This document shows, in pieces, positions 55,793 through 63,909 of a DNA stretch of 64,000 nucleotides. A program made the position numbers and the translations under genes. Under the pieces are notes generated by a model. The model saw only the letters and a list, made by a program, of their open reading frames with translations, did not search any database and was not told the DNA's origin. Each line of letters begins with the position of its first letter. Position 1 is the first letter of the stretch. The stretch is from IMG/VR virus record IMGVR_UViG_3300047496_000382; one strand, written 5' to 3'. The DNA is from a virus.

Positions 55793-55945
55793 TCAGTCCT
55801 CGTCAGGAAGGATGTCGTCGAGAGCGATGGCGAGCTCTTGGTACAGCTCGCGCTCACGGATGGAGTCGCTGATGTGCGGACTGGTCCTGTTGGTGATGCA
55901 GGCCTCGGTCCACTCCTTGAGCGAGGCGATGATTCGCGCGCACAT
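55793..55945 (-). CDS. small hypothetical protein (50 aa, MCARII...)
   Basis: GC3-rich frame; overlaps 3' end of 55854..56381. Confidence 0.45.
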   Translation of the reverse strand: MCARIIASLKEWTEACITNRTSPHISDSIRERELYQELAIALDDILPDED

Positions 55946-56381
55946 TCGGAGGCTTCGCCTCGGAGGGAGGTTCGTCGTCTCCGCGTAGGAACGAGAAAAC
56001 CGCGGCTGGTAACCGCGGCTTTCTCTGGACAGTCCGGAGTAGTTCGACCGACTCGTTGACAGCGTCGCAGTCCGCGGTCCGGCCGCGTGCCTCCAAGACC
56101 ACCCGCTTCGCAGCGTGTGCAGGATGGGCGCAGCGTGAGACAACGTCAACGTGTCCTTGCACGCAAGGAGGCAGCCCCATGGTCTGCACTTCATCGCGCT
56201 GTCGCTGCGGGCAGCGGCGCAGCGCATCACGAACCAAGTCCGCTGCAGCATCGTCAGTCTCGAAGCGCGCGCACTCATCGCACCTCTCGACGTAGGCGAA
56301 GTCCGTGCGCCCACTGGACGCCATCGGGAAGACCGCACCGGGCACCAGCGCCATGCGGCAGTACTCACACCAACGCGGCAT
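55854..56381 (-). CDS. Zn-finger hypothetical protein (3' part uncertain)
   Basis: GGAGG RBS; CEYC...CDEC; last ~30 codons look like a shadow of the next ORF. Confidence 0.55.
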   Translation of the reverse strand: MPRWCEYCRMALVPGAVFPMASSGRTDFAYVERCDECARFETDDAAADLVRDALRRCPQRQRDEVQTMGLPPCVQGHVDVVSRCAHPAHAAKRVVLEARGRTADCDAVNESVELLRTVQRKPRLPAAVFSFLRGDDEPPSEAKPPNVRANHRLAQGVDRGLHHQQDQSAHQRLHP

Positions 56382-56468
56382 GAATCCTCCAGAACGACGA
56401 GCTTCCCAGCCCGCGGGATGCGGAGGGGCGTCGTCACTTCTCTTATGCCCTGGAGGGCGTTGTGGTTG

Positions 56469-56627
56469 CTAGTAGACGCCGGTGGCCCGACAGTTGTGGA
56501 ACGAGCCCACGACCACCCGAAAGCCGTAGCGCTTGAAGAACGCCAACCAGCGAGCGCCCGGGAGCGGGAACACGAGGCGCCCGTAGCTCCAGGTGGTGTG
56601 GTGCACGCAGTCGGTAGGCAGGTTCAT
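56469..56627 (-). CDS. 52-aa microprotein (below ORF-track cutoff)
   Basis: TGATG overlap with GT stop; MNLPTDCVHH...HNCRATGVY*. Confidence 0.55.
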   Translation of the reverse strand: MNLPTDCVHHTTWSYGRLVFPLPGARWLAFFKRYGFRVVVGSFHNCRATGVY

Positions 56628-57616
56628 CACTCGTCCCGCAAGTCGTCTTCGAGCCGCGCGCGGTTGTAGTTGCGGATGGCGATTTCGAGCTGGGGCTTGT
56701 TTCCCTTCAGGCGCACGAGGCCGCTCTCGTCCCAGATGAGGTCCGTGTCGGGGTCGAACTGGTGCTCGGCGAGCGCCTTCCAGCGGCTCTCGTACTTGCG
56801 GTTCGGACGCCCACCGTGGAAGTTGTGCTCGATGTGCCCGTACGAGCAGCCGACCTCACCGTGCGTGAGCTGCAGCGCGCGGTCCTGCCACTCGAGGATG
56901 CGGCGGCGGTAGCCGCCGTTGATGGTGCTGTTAAGGCTCTTGCCGCCCTCGCCGATGGCCGAGTACGCCATGTGCCAGTCGCCGGCGCCGAGGATGGCGA
57001 AGTCCATCAGCCCGCCGACGCGCTCGTAGAACTTGCGCGTGCACGCCCAGGCGTAGCCGGTGTGACCGTTGCCGTAGGGGCCATCGAGCCGCAGCTGGTC
57101 GTGTCGAAGCCCGCGCGATTGGCAGACGTAGCCGAAGCTGTTGACCATGCGCTGCGCGCGCCCACGGAAGCCGAGGTCGACAGCGCTCTCCCACGGCTGG
57201 ATGAGGTGGAAGTGCTGGAGCTGGTGCATCGCCTCGAGCGCCCACTTCGGGTCTCGGAAGAGGATGTCCATGTCGACCCAAGCGAGGTACTTCCAGTCGC
57301 GCGGAAGCAGATGCTTCACACCGAGGTTCACCATCGACTCCTTTATCCAGCACTGGCTCTCAGTGCGCAGATGCAGGTGCCGCGAGTGTCCCATCTCGAC
57401 GATTTCGTGATGCCTGTCGCCGTACGCCGTTTCGACGACGTAGGCCGCCACGTTGGGCGTCTCTTCCATCTGCGCGACCCAATCGCGCGCATGTCGGTAG
57501 CGCGCCTGGAAGCGCTCCGGGTTCGAGACCACACCGATGACGTGCAACGTGCTGTCGGTGACCAGGTCTGGATGTCTGACGTGCTGAACGAGGTGCTCTC
57601 GGTGCGTGCTGCTCAT
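56627..57616 (-). CDS. GT-A fold glycosyltransferase-like protein
   Basis: WIKESMVNLG; LAWVDMDILF (DxD); HTGYAWA...VGGL...GAGDWHMA. Confidence 0.7.
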   Translation of the reverse strand: MSSTHREHLVQHVRHPDLVTDSTLHVIGVVSNPERFQARYRHARDWVAQMEETPNVAAYVVETAYGDRHHEIVEMGHSRHLHLRTESQCWIKESMVNLGVKHLLPRDWKYLAWVDMDILFRDPKWALEAMHQLQHFHLIQPWESAVDLGFRGRAQRMVNSFGYVCQSRGLRHDQLRLDGPYGNGHTGYAWACTRKFYERVGGLMDFAILGAGDWHMAYSAIGEGGKSLNSTINGGYRRRILEWQDRALQLTHGEVGCSYGHIEHNFHGGRPNRKYESRWKALAEHQFDPDTDLIWDESGLVRLKGNKPQLEIAIRNYNRARLEDDLRDE

Positions 57617-57690
57617 GTCCCCTGAACCTCCGGCAGGAGACAGTAGCGCCCGTGCCGCGGCTTGTCATGTGACTACTGCGTGCTGCGCGT

Positions 57691-59427
57691 TTAGAAGCTC
57701 GGGGTCGAGAAGCGCGCACCCGTCGTTAGGTCCAGCGCGGCGTAGACGCCGTCGGTCGAGAAGTTCGCAGTGAGCTGCGCCCACGTCGTACAAGCCTGTG
57801 CGGGCAACGTTGGAACACCCGACACAAGAGGCGGAAGAGACGTCTTACCCCCGATGGACAGTTCTGTTGTTCCGGTGATTGTCGGAACAACGCCGAAGTC
57901 TGCCTGCACATTCGCGCCGGAATCAACGGCCAATCCGACGTCGTTGCCCGCGCCGAAGATAGTTGCCCCGCTGAAGAACTGCACAGTTGCGCCCTGACCG
58001 GCGAACATCCCACCTGGTGTATTTGCAGACCCGAGGTGCGCACCGAAGATGCTCAGACGTCCAGAGATGTCGAGCAGGGAGTTACCCCCATAGACGGCAT
58101 AACCGCCACCTGCAGCACCGCTTCCGAAGAAGGCGGTGTCATGCGTCTCAACTGTCGCGCCAGTGACCTCCAACAGGCAGTTGAAGAAAGTGCAGCCCGC
58201 GAACGCCCAGTACCCAAGGTTGACCTTGAAGAGGCCGCCATCGATAGTCGAGGTAGTGATGCAGCCCAAAAGGTTGCCTCCGGACCCGAAGGGCGTGCCG
58301 GTGATTTCGCATCCTTGAAAGATGTCGTCGTTGACGTTCTCAAGGCCAACGAGGGGACGCACCTTCACGTTTGAATAGATGACCTGCGTGTTCTGCGCAT
58401 GCGAGCATGTGCGGTTGATTTGCACGGGGTCAACGAACTGCACCGTGTCGCCTGGCTGCGGATTGTCCAGCACTCCAGACGTCGGGACAACCCACTCCCC
58501 CGTCAAGTAGGACAGAAGACCGCCGCCAGTGAGATAGCCGACACAACGCACCGCGGGGCCGGCCCCAACAAGACAAATGACCTTCTGATAGCTGGTACCC
58601 AGCGGCGGTCCCGCCCCTACGAAGGCGATGGTGTTGGCGAGTGGCCCGGCGCCGGGTGTGTAGCTCGAAACAATTTGCGTGCTATCGACGTTGACCTGCC
58701 CTTGAAGGGTAAGCGTGATGAACGACAACGCCGGGTCGGCGCTCTGGAAGAGCCACATCGGTCGGTCTGCCCCCGGAAGGTCAGACAGGATGGTGATGGT
58801 GGTGCTTTGATAGAACTCACCAGACGTTCGGCGGTCAATCTCCGCCATCGTGCGAACAGGCGAACCTGGGTGTCCGTTCGCTTCGTCATTGCCTGAAGCA
58901 GGGTCCACCGTCCAAGAAGCCTGTGACTGCCATGTGACCGAGGGGATAGGCACCCAAATCCAGAAGCCACTCGTCGACACATCAGCGAAGACTGTTGTCG
59001 GGCCAACAACCGCGCCTGCTGGAAGTGCACCAGGGCTCCACTTGAACCACCTATCAAGCGACGCAACAAAGGCCTGCTGCCCTGCCCGAAGACCCGAAGC
59101 GTCCACGGCGGCAAGTCCGGCCACGTTCGCAAATGAGTACGACACTGGCGTCGTGGACAAGTTGACCGGTGTCCATGTCACCAAGTCGGCTGAGAGCTTG
59201 TAGAGCTGCGCCGGCGAACCGGGCTGCGACTCATCAGCAACAACGAGCGCGTGGCTGTTTAGTTTGCGCGTCGCAGGGATGATGGTCGTTCCATCTGTCA
59301 GCGAAGCAAAGGTAGGAACAGGGCGCAGCCCTCCCTTGAACCAGATGTCTTCCAGAAGGTACTTGTCCCCTCCACCGAGCGGCTCGAGGAACGAACTGAC
59401 GAGTGTGGCGCCGGGCGTATTGGGCAT
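57691..59427 (-). CDS. tail fibre/spike with beta-helix-type region (578 aa)
   Basis: VDPASGNDEANG...PVRTMAE motif; G/T/S/N-rich repeats. Confidence 0.75.
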   Translation of the reverse strand: MPNTPGATLVSSFLEPLGGGDKYLLEDIWFKGGLRPVPTFASLTDGTTIIPATRKLNSHALVVADESQPGSPAQLYKLSADLVTWTPVNLSTTPVSYSFANVAGLAAVDASGLRAGQQAFVASLDRWFKWSPGALPAGAVVGPTTVFADVSTSGFWIWVPIPSVTWQSQASWTVDPASGNDEANGHPGSPVRTMAEIDRRTSGEFYQSTTITILSDLPGADRPMWLFQSADPALSFITLTLQGQVNVDSTQIVSSYTPGAGPLANTIAFVGAGPPLGTSYQKVICLVGAGPAVRCVGYLTGGGLLSYLTGEWVVPTSGVLDNPQPGDTVQFVDPVQINRTCSHAQNTQVIYSNVKVRPLVGLENVNDDIFQGCEITGTPFGSGGNLLGCITTSTIDGGLFKVNLGYWAFAGCTFFNCLLEVTGATVETHDTAFFGSGAAGGGYAVYGGNSLLDISGRLSIFGAHLGSANTPGGMFAGQGATVQFFSGATIFGAGNDVGLAVDSGANVQADFGVVPTITGTTELSIGGKTSLPPLVSGVPTLPAQACTTWAQLTANFSTDGVYAALDLTTGARFSTPSF

Positions 59428-59428
59428 C

Positions 59429-60355
59429 TCACACCCCCTTCATGTTGATGGGACCGAGGCCGAAGTTGAACGTACGGTTGAGGATGTACACCACGTCAAT
59501 CCCGTTTGTAGGAACTACAACACTTCCAACTTGGATGACGCCGCCTGGGTACAAGGGCGACCCTGGATTCGGGTAAACGAACCAGTTGGACGGTGTACCG
59601 AGCGGGACTGGGATGGCGACAAAGCCGTAGTTCGAGGCACCGGTATCCATCTGCGCGTCGATGCCATAGCTCGTTTGAAGACTGTTCGCGCCGAGGCCCG
59701 TCACGAACGCCGCGTCGTAGGAACCCGGGTCAACGGATGCACCATAGTAGATGCGCGCACCGGCAATGGTTTGCCCGACTGCCGTCTTGGTGTCCGCCCC
59801 GAACACAGCAGAAAGGGTGAAGACCTCTGTGCCCAATACCGCCGGAATGGAGATGAGCGTGCCATAGTTCCAGCTCGTGAAAGGCGTCGAGAGTGCCTGC
59901 GCAGGCGGATGGCCAGCGCGCAGCACCGACACGCTGTCTGGCGTCCCTGCGTAGCTCGCTGTTCCTGTCGCCGCGAATGAAGCGCCGACCTCAACTAGGG
60001 AAGGCAGCACACTCCACTCCGTGATGCCGAGGGCAGGCACCGAACCCGGAACGGCAAAGACAATCTTCGAGCCGTCCCAGGTCAGCACACTTCCTGGTGG
60101 TCGGGTCGCGAAGGACACGGGGTCAAAGGGAAGACCGAGGGCTGCAACCACGCGCGCGACGCCAGAAGTAACAGTCACATCTCCGCTGGTGATGCCGCCT
60201 AGTGCCATCGCAAAGACGGCGTCGAAGGCGCTCCCGAGCTCCTGCCGCAGCTCATAGAAAAGACCGCCCCACCCTTGGCCTGGCTTCACCAGGCTCACGG
60301 ACGAAGCAGTCAGCTTGCTGCTACTCGGCTTCGACGAGAAGAACGGGTTGCCCAT
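59429..60355 (-). CDS. virion adaptor-like protein (308 aa)
   Basis: N-terminus shared with 63859 protein; C-terminal domain paralogous to 29746..30690. Confidence 0.75.
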   Translation of the reverse strand: MGNPFFSSKPSSSKLTASSVSLVKPGQGWGGLFYELRQELGSAFDAVFAMALGGITSGDVTVTSGVARVVAALGLPFDPVSFATRPPGSVLTWDGSKIVFAVPGSVPALGITEWSVLPSLVEVGASFAATGTASYAGTPDSVSVLRAGHPPAQALSTPFTSWNYGTLISIPAVLGTEVFTLSAVFGADTKTAVGQTIAGARIYYGASVDPGSYDAAFVTGLGANSLQTSYGIDAQMDTGASNYGFVAIPVPLGTPSNWFVYPNPGSPLYPGGVIQVGSVVVPTNGIDVVYILNRTFNFGLGPINMKGV

Positions 60356-60398
60356 GCATCGAGACTACCACCGCACCGTGTTGGCCTGGAATCGACGC

Positions 60399-60542
60399 CT
60401 ACACCTTCCCCACCACACGACGCTCCATCGCGCCATTTTGCCCGACCTGGCGGAAGTACACCGTAGCAGGAGGAAGTGCTGCGAGCTGCTCCTTCGTGAG
60501 CAGCTTGCCCTTCTCGTCATAGAAGCGAACCGTGAAGTCCAT
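60399..60542 (-). CDS. 47-aa microprotein (below ORF-track cutoff)
   Basis: MDFTVRFYDEKGKLLTKEQLAALPP...; GC3-rich; between fibre genes. Confidence 0.55.
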   Translation of the reverse strand: MDFTVRFYDEKGKLLTKEQLAALPPATVYFRQVGQNGAMERRVVGKV

Positions 60543-60556
60543 CTAATTTTTGCCTT

Positions 60557-63500
60557 TCACGCGACACGCCACCACTGCGTGCCATCAGACTCCAAGGTCA
60601 CCGATTGGTAGTCACCCATGAAGAAGTTGGGTGTTGCACCGTTGACCACGTTGTAGATGTTCTGCCCCCCACTGGTGAAAACTTGTAGCGAGCCCGTTCC
60701 CCCCTTTGTGATGCGAACGCGCGGAAAGCCAAGCGTTGCGTCGGGAAGGTTGATGACGTTGGTGGCGACAAGATTCGCAGTGTACGAAATCCAATCCGCC
60801 GAATGCGCGGTGACAGTTGCGCCATCTACGGGGGTAACAGAGTTCCAACCCAGCGCACCGATGACGGGGGTGGGCCCCGTCAGTGTATCGAGCGACGGAT
60901 TCCGCCACACGCTCGAGAGCGCGTAGGGACACGTGCCCGTCTTGTTGATGGTGCCGAACGCAGCACCACCTTGGTAGAGCGTGCAGTGCGAGATAGTCAG
61001 CGAATCCGTACCGCTGTTCGTGGTCGAAACGATTGAAGGACAGAATCCACCTTCAATCGTCACTTTCCCGGCGGCGTGCGTGAGAAGCCCAAGCCCTTCG
61101 GTGTCGACAAGAAGAAGCGCGCAGTTCACCGTCGATTGCGTAATCGTCGCACCCCCTCGTGTGCGCCACATCGAGACCTGTGAATTCGCAGCAGGTGCTC
61201 CGCCGATACTAACGGGACCGCTGATGGTGCAGTCAGTGAACTCATGCCACCGAGCCCACGCACCCGTGAATTGGATGCCCCCACCACCCTCGAATCCAAC
61301 GTTCGAGAAGTAGTTGCGCCCTGCACTTGAGTCGATGAGGTCAGGCTGCGTGCCGCCTGGGTACGCGAACTTGATGTCTTTGACCCGCACGTGCGTCGCG
61401 GTGCCTGAAATCGTCAAGTTCCCGGTGACGACGATGTTCTGTGAATCCTTCGGCGTCGGTTGGAACGCCGCCAGATACAGACCCCCGTTGTAGTTGTTGA
61501 TGACGAGATTTTCATTGTACGTGCCGGCATGCACGATGATTGCGGCGTTCGCGACACCCAGCGCGATTGCCGCGTTGATGCCCGCCTGGATGGTCGTGTA
61601 CGGATGCGCGTAGCTGCCATCGGAGACACCAGAGTACGACCCCCAAACATGAACCTCCCAGTAGCCAACACCGGTGATGAACTTGCCCGTGCCGACAGGA
61701 GCGAGCGTGCTGTTGGCGTAACTCGCACCACGGAGGTCGACGGTGACGCCGTCACCTGCCGTGATGACGCTTGCGCCTGCGCCGTTGAAGAGGTTGCCGA
61801 ACAGCTTGGCACCACCCCAGTCGACTACAAGCCCTGCGGGGTCGGCAGTCTCGACCGCCAGCGCGCCGGCAATGGTGCCGCCACCGAGGCAGAAGAATGC
61901 CGGGCCAAGCATTGGCGCAGGAAAAGCCGTCATGTCGGGGAACTGCACCTGCGAGGCATTTCCTGGGCCAAAGACGGACCCGAGGAGGCCCTGCACGCCT
62001 ACGATGGGACCGATGTTGACCGCACCTGGTCCAAGTGTGTTGACCAGCGTAGCGCCGACCCAGGGTGCACCACGATTCGGCACGGTGATGTTCTCGAACG
62101 CCGTACTGACGTCGGTGTCGAGCGGGTAGCTCTCGATGTAATTGCACGTGCCGCTATCTGGGACGAAGATGACGGGTGTGCCCTGCGCCTGCACACCGTT
62201 GATGCTTGCGCCGTTACTGACTTGCACTGAACACAAGCCGTTCGCTGTGGGGGGCGCTCCTGGGCGGTAGTCAGCGCAAAATTGGATGACGCTGCCGATG
62301 CCCGCGTTCGGCCCGCTGACACTGAGCTGCCCATTCCAGACGCGAACACTCGGTCCGGTGCCGTTTGCATTGACGCCGACACCGTTGCCCGCGCTGCTGA
62401 TGAAGTTGACCTGCGCGCTCTTGATGTAGAGTGGAACCCCTGTGCCCGACGGATTCCCGCCCGCGTTGTTGATGTTGCAGTTGAGGAAGCAGACGTCACT
62501 GAACGCGCCCTCCTGTGATGCCGCGGCAGACCCGTCCAAGTGAACCGTATTCGACACAAGGTCTTGCGTGTTGAATCCGATGTCTTCGAACGAAATGTTG
62601 CTCGGAGGGTACGAGCCCATCGGCGTCGCACCGAGCTGCCAGAAAAAGGAGGGTCCTGACTGCGCGCCGATGTTGGTTGCGTTCGAGCCCGACCCCCGGA
62701 TGCGGATGTTGTTCGCGAGAGACAAAGGCCCCATCGAGAGGGACTCATTAGAGTAGCCCTCCGTGATACGGACCTCGTAACCGGAGTAGCCGAAACCGCC
62801 AGGAAGACGCGCAGCCGCATCTGCGGCCATGATGGCGTTCAGTGCCGACTGGATGAGGTTGAAGGGGTTGTTGAACGAGCCATCGCCGACGGGAGCTGGA
62901 CCTCCAAGACGCCCGCTGATGTCGACGAACCAGAGGCCCGGCACCATCCCGCCCTGTGCAAGCGGAAATAGGTTCACAGTGCCCTGCCAAGCACCCTCAT
63001 TCAGCGCCGACGCAGGCACTGTGTCGTCGTAGAAGACGTTCAACACGGGTCCAGGGCCAGCACTGAAGCTCGGCATCTGGAAGGGGTGCGTTGCGTCTGT
63101 CGGCAGGGCTTCTGTCACTACAACATTGAGCGTGCTGCCCGTGCCCCCGATGACTTGGGTGTTCCACGCACCCCCGTCCATGAGGTTCGGGAACGGGTTG
63201 TTGCACTTGTCGATGTAGAGGGTGAAGTCCGGGTTAGGAAAGATGCCCAGAGCAAGATTGTCGAAGTCACCCGCGCGTTGAATGCCTGCATTGTTTCTCA
63301 GCGAGAAGCGCGGACTGAACTCAGCGCCAACGTAGACCATGAACTCTGACGTCGAGTTGACGTTGACTACCAGCACTCCGTCGAGCTCGGCAGGCACGTA
63401 TAGAGCTCCCAACGACGGCCCTGCTGTATTGGGGTTGGTGCCGTTCACCGTTCCCAACACAGCGGGTGCGCTTGTTCCTGGTGCTGCGTGAAACACGGCA

Positions 63501-63859
63501 CCGTAGATGAGCTGGTCGATGGGCCAAGGCGCAGGAGACTGGTAAGTACAATCGACGAAGACGTGAACGATGGCCGAGCCGTTGTTGAGACCTGCGGCAA
63601 TCATTGCCGTGTAGAGCTCCCAAGGGTCGGTGTAGACGTTGCCGCCTGCGGTGCCTCCTGGTTGGTACACGAGCGCGCCGCCGCCACCTCCACCGCCCCC
63701 AGCGAGGATGGCGAGGTTCACCAAGTCAAAAGCCTTCTGCAGGTCTCTCCGCAGGTCGAAGAACAACCCGCCCCAGCCCTGTCCGGGCTTGATGAGCGCG
63801 ACCGAAGAGCTGGTCAGCTTGTCCGAAGCGGCGGTTTCCTTGAAGAACGGGTTGGCCAT
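60557..63859 (-). CDS. tailspike/fibre, ~1100 aa, two beta-helix-type modules and poly-Gly hinge
   Basis: AGGGGGGGA; GDGSFNNPFNLIQSALNA and SDGSYAHPYTTIQAGINAA; C-terminal INLP...YQSVTLESDGTQW. Confidence 0.8.
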   Translation of the reverse strand: MANPFFKETAASDKLTSSSVALIKPGQGWGGLFFDLRRDLQKAFDLVNLAILAGGGGGGGGALVYQPGGTAGGNVYTDPWELYTAMIAAGLNNGSAIVHVFVDCTYQSPAPWPIDQLIYGAVFHAAPGTSAPAVLGTVNGTNPNTAGPSLGALYVPAELDGVLVVNVNSTSEFMVYVGAEFSPRFSLRNNAGIQRAGDFDNLALGIFPNPDFTLYIDKCNNPFPNLMDGGAWNTQVIGGTGSTLNVVVTEALPTDATHPFQMPSFSAGPGPVLNVFYDDTVPASALNEGAWQGTVNLFPLAQGGMVPGLWFVDISGRLGGPAPVGDGSFNNPFNLIQSALNAIMAADAAARLPGGFGYSGYEVRITEGYSNESLSMGPLSLANNIRIRGSGSNATNIGAQSGPSFFWQLGATPMGSYPPSNISFEDIGFNTQDLVSNTVHLDGSAAASQEGAFSDVCFLNCNINNAGGNPSGTGVPLYIKSAQVNFISSAGNGVGVNANGTGPSVRVWNGQLSVSGPNAGIGSVIQFCADYRPGAPPTANGLCSVQVSNGASINGVQAQGTPVIFVPDSGTCNYIESYPLDTDVSTAFENITVPNRGAPWVGATLVNTLGPGAVNIGPIVGVQGLLGSVFGPGNASQVQFPDMTAFPAPMLGPAFFCLGGGTIAGALAVETADPAGLVVDWGGAKLFGNLFNGAGASVITAGDGVTVDLRGASYANSTLAPVGTGKFITGVGYWEVHVWGSYSGVSDGSYAHPYTTIQAGINAAIALGVANAAIIVHAGTYNENLVINNYNGGLYLAAFQPTPKDSQNIVVTGNLTISGTATHVRVKDIKFAYPGGTQPDLIDSSAGRNYFSNVGFEGGGGIQFTGAWARWHEFTDCTISGPVSIGGAPAANSQVSMWRTRGGATITQSTVNCALLLVDTEGLGLLTHAAGKVTIEGGFCPSIVSTTNSGTDSLTISHCTLYQGGAAFGTINKTGTCPYALSSVWRNPSLDTLTGPTPVIGALGWNSVTPVDGATVTAHSADWISYTANLVATNVINLPDATLGFPRVRITKGGTGSLQVFTSGGQNIYNVVNGATPNFFMGDYQSVTLESDGTQWWRVA

Positions 63860-63909
63860 CAACGGCCAGACTACTCCGCGCGACAGATTGCGCCAAAGAC
63901 GCCTACAGC

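Noticed and set aside
63680-63701. G/C-run repeat as a phase-variation tract
   Set aside because: It encodes an in-frame poly-Gly hinge with mixed codons, not a homopolymer
57691-63859. Diversity-generating retroelement or invertible fibre switch
   Set aside because: No reverse transcriptase, TR/VR pair or invertase seen; shared segments are diverged protein-level paralogy
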